IMG/VR virus record: IMGVR_UViG_3300030707_000003
DNA length: 20,000 nucleotides
DNA from: an uncultured virus (IMG/VR IMGVR_UViG_3300030707_000003)
Lineage: Duplodnaviria > Heunggongvirae > Uroviricota > Caudoviricetes
Reading direction: 5' to 3' (one strand)
A program made the position numbers and the translations under genes. Below are positions 14,074 through 20,000 of this stretch, piece by piece (position 1 is the stretch's first letter; the number at the start of each line of letters is the position of its first letter). The notes under the pieces are model-generated. The model searched no databases, had not been told where the DNA came from, and was given only the letters and a program-made list of their open reading frames with translations.

Positions 14074-15135
14074 TCAGGCCACGGCCGCCATGATCGCCGG
14101 GGACTCATCGCCGCGCAGCCCCGCCGACGCAAGCATGACGGGCGTGACCCGGCGGCCGTAAAAGCGCACCAGGTAGGACAGCCACACCCGGAACTCCTCA
14201 TCAGTGAACATCGCATGGCAGTCGTCACACGCGGCGAAATACAGCTGGTCACCCTCATGCATCGGGGGGGCCGCGCGGCGCAGCGAGCGGTGCCCGCATC
14301 CCTCGCACTGCACGCCGAGCAGCTTGTCGAGGTCCGGGTTCGTCTCGCCCATCACCGCCCGGGCCAGGTAGTCCAGGCGCAGCACCTCGCTGCCGGCGTC
14401 CGCGCCGCCCGCTTCCACGATCACGGTGCCGGGCGCGGGCCGGGGCGTGGCAGCGGCGACCGCGGCATCCCACCCGCCGCTGCCGCGGCTCAGGCCGGCG
14501 GCAGCGGCGACGCGCTCCCCCCAGCCCCGGCCGGGGTCGGCAGCCGGCGTCCCGCAGCCGATCGCGGCGACGAGCACGGGCCGCGTCATCGGCTCCGGCT
14601 GCAGGCCCGTGAGCACGCTCACCCGCTCCCGCAGCACCCTGGCGGACTCGCGGACCACGTCCTGGGCGTGCCTGCCGAGCGCCCTCGCGCGCTGCTCCTG
14701 CGTGTCCGGCGGCGTCAGCGTCGGGTCCACCCGCGCCACCCGCTCGTGCCAGGCGATGGCGCAGTCGGTGATCGCCCGCATCACCTCGTCCACGTCGCAC
14801 CGCACCGGGACGGACGGGCCGAACGGGATGCGGACCAGGATCTCCCCCGTCACGTGATCCAGCAGTGCCGGCCACAGCCGCGCCCACGTCGCGGGAAACG
14901 CCCGCAGCGCCGCCTCGATGATCCGCGCGTCGGAGTCGCAGAACGCCCGCGGCCCCCGCGCCGGGCACCTGATCGTGGTGCCGTCCTCCTGCCGCTGCCG
15001 GACCGCGGACGAGCACCACTCGCCGCGGGCGCACTCCCGGTCCCCTCCCGGGTCAGCCTGCCGCTCCAGCCGCTGCCGCTCCAGCCTCTCGTTGTCCGCC
15101 CGGAAACTGACCCGCCAGTACTGGCCACGGCCCAC
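14074..15135 (-). CDS. Cys-rich actinophage protein, possible late-transcription regulator
   Basis: N-terminal C..C..FC cluster, C-terminal CEGCG...ACDDC zinc ribbon; GGGGAG RBS before GTG 15135 (ORF track start 15177). Confidence 0.7.
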   Translation of the reverse strand: MGRGQYWRVSFRADNERLERQRLERQADPGGDRECARGEWCSSAVRQRQEDGTTIRCPARGPRAFCDSDARIIEAALRAFPATWARLWPALLDHVTGEILVRIPFGPSVPVRCDVDEVMRAITDCAIAWHERVARVDPTLTPPDTQEQRARALGRHAQDVVRESARVLRERVSVLTGLQPEPMTRPVLVAAIGCGTPAADPGRGWGERVAAAAGLSRGSGGWDAAVAAATPRPAPGTVIVEAGGADAGSEVLRLDYLARAVMGETNPDLDKLLGVQCEGCGHRSLRRAAPPMHEGDQLYFAACDDCHAMFTDEEFRVWLSYLVRFYGRRVTPVMLASAGLRGDESPAIMAAVA

Positions 15136-15214
15136 GGCATGCTCTCCCCGGGTGCGCAGGTGGATGCTGATGCGCAAGGTTAACGCGGGACGGCGGGGAA
15201 TGGTGCCAGCAGGG

Positions 15215-16213
15215 TCATCCTCCCTTGTGCCGGGTGCCCATGGGCACCACCGTGCGCTCCCGGCGGGCGATCCTCAGCGCCTCGGCCGCCTTCTCGGTCG
15301 ACACGTGCAAGTCGCGCTTGATCCTCGCCTGGGACACCGGGCCGTAGGTCTCCAGCATCGCCGAGACGTGCGGCGCGAGGCCGGCCGGGCTCATGCTCCG
15401 GGACCGCGCCGCGGTGAGCCTCAGGGCGAACTCGGGACCATGCTCGGGGCTCGCCTGCGGGCGTGCTCCGGGACGGGCCTGAACGCTCGCCTCAGGACGG
15501 CCCCCAGGCCTGGCGGCGGGCTCGCCCGCAGGCGGTCCTGAGGCGAGCGCCGAGACGGCCTCCGAGGCTCGCTCCACGTCGATCCCGTGCACGAGCTGCC
15601 ACACCACGGCCGAGTCCGCGCGGGACTTCCACCGGCTGCCGTGGACCGACCTGAGCCGGGCGATGGCCGCGCGGCGCACCTGCTCCCGGTCCAGCGCGGC
15701 ACGGTACGACGTCACCTGCCAGAGCACCATGCGGCGCCACAGCGGGAACGTCTGGCAGGGGGCCAGCAGCCAGCGGGCCAGGGGGATGCCATCGCGGCGG
15801 TCCTCGGCCCGCTTGCGCGCGACCTTCCGCCACCGGCTCAGCTCCAGCAGCGCCGCCCACAGGGCCGGGGCCACGACATGCAGCGCCCGGCCGAGCCAGT
15901 CGCCCGGCGGCGAGCCGTGGGCGTTGACATACAGGGTCAGCCCGATCAGCGCCCACGCGAGCAGGCGCGGCGCGACATCGGCGCGGCGCTGCTCGATCGC
16001 CCGCCGCGACTCCGCGATCATGGCCAGGATGCCGATGTCGATCAGGACGGGGTACAGGACCGGGTAGCCGGGAAGATGGTGCGTCACCGCCAGCCGGGCG
16101 ATGGTCTGGAAGCTCACCGCGAAGCCGATCAGGGCGACGGCGGCGAGCAGCGGGTTGCCGCTGAGCACCCGGGCGGCGGCAGCCTTCATGTCATCCATCC
16201 TGTCTGCGGTCAC
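15215..16213 (-). CDS. DUF2637 / SpdA-like membrane protein of actinomycete conjugative elements
   Basis: GFAVSF..I..LA ... YPVLIDIGIL ... TLYVNAHG ... LHVVAPALWAALLE four-TM pattern; IPLARWLLAP...WRRMVLW; C-terminal HTH-like SQARIKRDLHVSTEKA. Confidence 0.85.
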   Translation of the reverse strand: MTADRMDDMKAAAARVLSGNPLLAAVALIGFAVSFQTIARLAVTHHLPGYPVLYPVLIDIGILAMIAESRRAIEQRRADVAPRLLAWALIGLTLYVNAHGSPPGDWLGRALHVVAPALWAALLELSRWRKVARKRAEDRRDGIPLARWLLAPCQTFPLWRRMVLWQVTSYRAALDREQVRRAAIARLRSVHGSRWKSRADSAVVWQLVHGIDVERASEAVSALASGPPAGEPAARPGGRPEASVQARPGARPQASPEHGPEFALRLTAARSRSMSPAGLAPHVSAMLETYGPVSQARIKRDLHVSTEKAAEALRIARRERTVVPMGTRHKGG

Positions 16214-16249
16214 GGGGCACCGGGGAGCGCTCCGGGAGATCGGTCACGG

Positions 16250-16549
16250 TCACGCCGCCTCCCGCCGCCTGAGCCGCTGGCGCTGCGCCGGCGACAGGCC
16301 GCCCCAGATCCCGAACGACCCGGCGTCGTACTGATCCTCACTGTGAGCCAGCGCGTACTCAAGGCATTCCGCCCGGACCTCGCAGGCCATGCAGACGCGT
16401 TTCGCGGGGCGCGCGTCGCCGCCCTTGGCGGGAAAGAAGAGCGCGGGATCGACTTCGGCGCACAGCGCCCGGTCAGCCCAGGCCATCTCCGACGCGATAG
16501 CGGTCGCGGGCACGACGTCATCCGGGACCGGGTACAGGCTGGCGGTCAT
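16250..16549 (-). CDS. whiB: WhiB-family Fe-S transcription factor
   Basis: WADRALC...DPALFFP...AKRVCMACEVRAECLEYAL...FGIWGGLS: four Cys plus the G[IV]WGG turn. Confidence 0.96.
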   Translation of the reverse strand: MTASLYPVPDDVVPATAIASEMAWADRALCAEVDPALFFPAKGGDARPAKRVCMACEVRAECLEYALAHSEDQYDAGSFGIWGGLSPAQRQRLRRREAA

Positions 16550-16570
16550 GTCTTATCGCTCCCCTGCCGG

Positions 16571-16791
16571 TGTCCGTTTATCACGCTGCGTAGTCGCAGC
16601 GGTGTCCAGAATGCCGCTCCCCCGTGTGCATCTGCTGTCCAGAATGGCGTGCAGACGGCTCGCGCGCACGCGCCTACGCGCGGATGGGAAGCGGCCCTGT
16701 CCATTCTGGACATCCATGTGCAGTCTCACGGTGAGTCACGCTGACCGGGCGCTGGCGAGGAGAAGATCACGGTCCTGGCGCAGGGTGTCCA
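16571..16791. repeat. TGTCCA(GAATG) direct/inverted repeat cluster; candidate clt locus
   Basis: TGTCCAGAATG at 16603 and 16636, inverted CCATTCTGGACA at 16701-16712, TGTCCA at 16698 and 16786, TGTCCG at 16571. Confidence 0.7.
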
Positions 16792-18754
16792 TGGCGTCCC
16801 AGGTGTTGACCCCAGGCGTGCCCCGGTATCGCCCCTTTGTCGGCTTTGTCACGGCTCCCGTGCTGGTCAGGTCGCGGAGCTGCACATGCACCGAGGAACG
16901 GCTCAGGCCGGTGTGCGCCACGAGCTGCTCGGGAGAGACTCCCTCCGGTCCGGCCGTCATCAGGTCGCGGGCGAAGCGCAGCCAGCGGCGGCGCATCTCG
17001 CTGCTCAGGTCAGACTCGGATGGAAGATCCAGCCCGGCGAGACTGGCAAGATCGGGGATGCTGGCCACGTCGGCCTCGATCCGCGCCAGCCGGTCAGAGA
17101 AGTCCAGCACATCGGCATCCGGCTCGTGCGTCTCATCCATGGCTGCCTCCGGTGCGGGGGAGTGGTAGCCCGCTGTTACTGCGGCGGCGTACTGCGGGGC
17201 CAGCTTGCGGAACGGCTCGGGCAGCCGCAGCCACCGTGCGTCGAACTCGTCCTGCAGGTGGCTCGCGTACAGGCGCAGCGGCGGCCGGGACAGCGCGGCG
17301 TTCGCCGACGCGATCTGCCGGACAAGGTCATGCGGCAGTTCGGGTGCGCGGTGCGGCTCGCACGGCGCGTCCCTGCCGATCCTGGCAAGGAAGCTGCCCG
17401 CCTCCTCGAGCTTGGAGGCGTCGTACCGGCTGTAATCCTCGCCCACGGCGAAAGTCCCGTGGCGGGCCTCGGAGACGGCGAAGCAGATCCGGGCCAGGAG
17501 GTTCGCCCGCGTCTGCTCGGTCCGGACCGACTCGGCGAGCGCGCCGTGCTGGGTGCTGACAACGACATGCACCGCCACGCCGCTGCCCTGCGACGCGATC
17601 GTGGCGACGTGGCGGGCGCACTCGGCGTCGCCGTTGCCCTCGCTGGTGACGCCGTTGGCCTCGTCAATGACGACGAAGATCGCGGGGCATTCCTCGGAGG
17701 GCTCGACCTGCTCGGCACCGTCGTAGGCGTGCATGCCGCGGGCCTCGATCTCGGCGACGGCGGTGCGGAGCAGGATCCGCGCCTCGGGGATGGTGGTGGC
17801 AGGCCAGCCGAGTGCCTCCATCCACGGGCGCGCAGCCCGGCCGCCTTTCATGGCGATCAGCCACGGCGGCGCGGCGTCGGGGCAGCTGGTGATGGCCGCG
17901 AGCATCAGGCTGAGCTGGTTGCTCTTGCCGCTTCGAGTTCTCCCGATGATCAGCCAGTTGACCAGCAGCTTTACCCGCTTCCACCGGCCCTGCTCGTCCA
18001 TGCCGATCGCGGCCGGCTCGGTGATCGACTGCGGCACCAGGTCCGGGGTCCACCGGATCGGCTGCGCTGCGAGCGGGTTACGGCGCCGCAGGTGGACGAG
18101 CACCAGGGACGGGTTGCCGTGGACCTTCGCGACCCGGACGCCGCCGTGCGGGACGTAGCCGGCGAGCGCCGACTCGATCAGCGGGACGATCCGCTCGATG
18201 GTCGCGACGGTCTGGCGGCCGGCCCACAGCTTCACGGTCAGGATCTCGGCCGGCCCGGAGCTGGCGACAGCGGTCACTCCAGAGCCCCAGACGTCCCATG
18301 CCTGGGCGTGGTGCTGCCACCACGCATCCCACTCGGCGATGACGGCGACCGTGCGGGAGCGGTCGCGCGGGCGCTTGTGGATATACCAGGGGATGCCCCA
18401 GGCGGTGCCGAGCGCGCCGAGGACGGCGAGCATGACCGAGGTCACGCCGAGCCACGCGGCGGCGCACAGCCAGCCGCCGGCCGCGACCGCTGACAGCCGG
18501 GCGTACCACTGCTCGGCCGGCCGGTCCCACCTGTGCGGGGCGTGGGCGTGCATGCCGATCACCGCGACGGCCGCCGCGACGGCAAGCTCGCCGCGCCAGT
18601 GCGGGAACAGGCGGACCGCGAGCCCGGCGCCCAGGAAGACGGCCGGGACGGCGAGCGGGACCGTGACATGCCGGTTGCGCCACAGGAAACCCGACCCCGG
18701 TCTCAGATCATGAGACTGGAGCGGCGGCGGGTGCGGCGGGACAGCGGGCGGCAT
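16736..18754 (-). CDS. traB: FtsK/SpoIIIE-family conjugative DNA translocase (TraB-like), 672 aa
   Basis: N-terminal TM segments, Walker A IIGRTRSGKS, MKGG, Walker B FVVIDE, STQ, C-terminal winged-helix-like SPEQLVAHTGLSRSSVHVQLRDL...GRYR; ATG 2 nt after the upstream stop. Confidence 0.88.
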   Translation of the reverse strand: MPPAVPPHPPPLQSHDLRPGSGFLWRNRHVTVPLAVPAVFLGAGLAVRLFPHWRGELAVAAAVAVIGMHAHAPHRWDRPAEQWYARLSAVAAGGWLCAAAWLGVTSVMLAVLGALGTAWGIPWYIHKRPRDRSRTVAVIAEWDAWWQHHAQAWDVWGSGVTAVASSGPAEILTVKLWAGRQTVATIERIVPLIESALAGYVPHGGVRVAKVHGNPSLVLVHLRRRNPLAAQPIRWTPDLVPQSITEPAAIGMDEQGRWKRVKLLVNWLIIGRTRSGKSNQLSLMLAAITSCPDAAPPWLIAMKGGRAARPWMEALGWPATTIPEARILLRTAVAEIEARGMHAYDGAEQVEPSEECPAIFVVIDEANGVTSEGNGDAECARHVATIASQGSGVAVHVVVSTQHGALAESVRTEQTRANLLARICFAVSEARHGTFAVGEDYSRYDASKLEEAGSFLARIGRDAPCEPHRAPELPHDLVRQIASANAALSRPPLRLYASHLQDEFDARWLRLPEPFRKLAPQYAAAVTAGYHSPAPEAAMDETHEPDADVLDFSDRLARIEADVASIPDLASLAGLDLPSESDLSSEMRRRWLRFARDLMTAGPEGVSPEQLVAHTGLSRSSVHVQLRDLTSTGAVTKPTKGRYRGTPGVNTWDAMDTLRQDRDLLLASARSA

Positions 18755-18756
18755 CG

Positions 18757-19599
18757 TCAGTGCTCGGCAAGCTCGCGGTGATGCGGCGAGTTCCCGCCGA
18801 CCTCGCCGAGGGTGGTGTTGATCAGCACCGAGACGGCGTCCGCGCCGTCGGTCATGCATGACGACGCGGCATGCAGGTGGGCCGCCGCCCGCTGGACGCG
18901 CTCCCACACATGCGGCGGGTAGTGGGCGTCCGGCTCGGACAGCGCGACGGCGAAGGAGTCAAGCTGGCCTCCCTGGAAGTCGAACGCCTCGGCCGTCGTG
19001 GCCATGGTCCGCTGCTTGGCCCGGATCCCGCCCGCCCGGGCGTGGCCGAGCAGCACGCCGAGCGCGGCGAACAGGTCAGCGCCGGCACCGGTTCCGGGAC
19101 TCGTCATCGCAGGTGTCCTTTCCTGGGCCGGGGATGGCCCGGCTGCTGATCGCGGGCGGTAAGGAGGCTGCGGGGGAGGGGCGGGCATGGACCTTGGCCG
19201 GCCGGCCGCTGCTATCGGGACGACGTCGGCCACCGTTCCCGGCTCTGGCGGGTCAGGGTCCGTCGTGCGGGGGAAGTTCGTCATCCGCGCCAGCACGGGC
19301 CTGCGCGGCGGCCGGTTCTGGCCCTCCGAGCGCTTGTGCTCCCGGCTGGCCAGCCAGTTCGCCGAGGCGGCCGACGCCACGATCCGGGGCACCGTCGCGC
19401 CGGTCACATGCCGCGCGGACCGGACCCCGCGGCCGAGGGCCTTCCCGCCAGCACGCCGGGCCTGACGGGTGCGCGCGGCCACGGGCGGCGGGACGTGCCG
19501 CTCCATCCGCCGGCCGGCACTCACGAGGTAGGGGCCGGACAGCAGGACGACGAGGCCGGACAGCAGCAGCGGGCCGATGACGGACACCGGGCGGGTCAC
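18757..19599 (-). CDS. Transfer-region protein: TM + Pro-rich linker + helical C-terminal domain, with internal start at 19107
   Basis: GTGA-coupled start at 19599; TM VIGPLLLSGLVVLL; AGGAAAGGA RBS before in-frame ATG 19107. Confidence 0.7.
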   Translation of the reverse strand: MTRPVSVIGPLLLSGLVVLLSGPYLVSAGRRMERHVPPPVAARTRQARRAGGKALGRGVRSARHVTGATVPRIVASAASANWLASREHKRSEGQNRPPRRPVLARMTNFPRTTDPDPPEPGTVADVVPIAAAGRPRSMPAPPPQPPYRPRSAAGPSPAQERTPAMTSPGTGAGADLFAALGVLLGHARAGGIRAKQRTMATTAEAFDFQGGQLDSFAVALSEPDAHYPPHVWERVQRAAAHLHAASSCMTDGADAVSVLINTTLGEVGGNSPHHRELAEH

Positions 19600-20000
19600 C
19601 CGCCGATCCACGATGCGATCGCCGCGGCGTACTGCCCGGCCGGTACCGCGACGTAGGCGTAGATCTGGTGCAGGACCCCGCCCGCCGTCAGGCCGAGCAC
19701 CAGGGGGAGCACCGCAGCGGTGATCATCCCGCTGCCGGGCGACCAGATCAGGTCCGTGACCACGCCGGTCAGCAGGCACAGCGCGGTCACGGTCAGGACC
19801 GCGAACGCGACGCCGGAATGCAGGCCGCCGAGGAAGCCGGCGATCGTGGCAACGGCGGTGACGATCCACCCGCCGAGGGAGGTGACCGCGACCGCGCTGC
19901 CGCCGGCGAACATCAGGACCGTGGCGATGCGGGCCAGCCACGGGCTCGCGGCCGGGACGTGGTGCAGGTGCCGGGACAGGAGCCACGCCGCCGCGAGGGT
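19596..20000 (-). CDS. Multi-pass membrane protein (Spd-like position), 5' truncated by window edge
   Basis: The frame of ORF 19596..19913 stays open to base 20000; several hydrophobic segments. Confidence 0.75.
   Translation of the reverse strand, partial: TLAAAWLLSRHLHHVPAASPWLARIATVLMFAGGSAVAVTSLGGWIVTAVATIAGFLGGLHSGVAFAVLTVTALCLLTGVVTDLIWSPGSGMITAAVLPLVLGLTAGGVLHQIYAYVAVPAGQYAAAIASWIGG

Larger units (their letters stand above)
1..20000. mobile_element. Part of an actinobacterial phage/prophage carrying an AICE/plasmid-like conjugative transfer module; boundaries lie outside the window
   Basis: Terminase pair, WhiB, DUF6221-like and many small coupled ORFs occur with an FtsK/TraB-like ATPase, a DUF2637-like protein and a serine recombinase; no housekeeping genes. 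Confidence 0.8.

Noticed and set aside
14215..18713. Long plus-strand ORFs (14215..15183, 15587..16744, 16886..18493 and others)
   Set aside because: Antisense to genes with clear family motifs; low-complexity products with no RBS.
16736..18754. Chromosomal FtsK or type VII secretion EccC
   Set aside because: Single ATPase domain with TM N-terminus and wHTH C-terminus in a mobile context next to DUF2637 fits TraB better.

Overview
High-GC (actinobacterial-type) mobile DNA with no host housekeeping genes. It combines two modules that normally belong to different element classes. The left end (minus strand) has a tailed-phage packaging pair: a terminase large subunit with an unusual duplicated C-terminal Cys-rich extension, and a probable small subunit. 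The right end (minus strand) has an actinomycete plasmid/AICE-type transfer module: membrane proteins, an FtsK/SpoIIIE TraB-like translocase followed by a clt-like repeat cluster, WhiB and a DUF2637/SpdA-like protein. Between them is a mostly plus-strand array of small genes (DUF6221-like, several RHH-like regulators, a DUF3631-type P-loop NTPase, a small serine recombinase, a lipoprotein). In 6.5-10.8 kb this array has a repeated non-coding grammar: a CTAGCCAGGA(G/A)G start-associated motif, covarying hairpins after stop codons (one tRNA-like), sigma-A-type promoters and operator repeats. Family assignments come from motif recognition by eye; no database searches were run.
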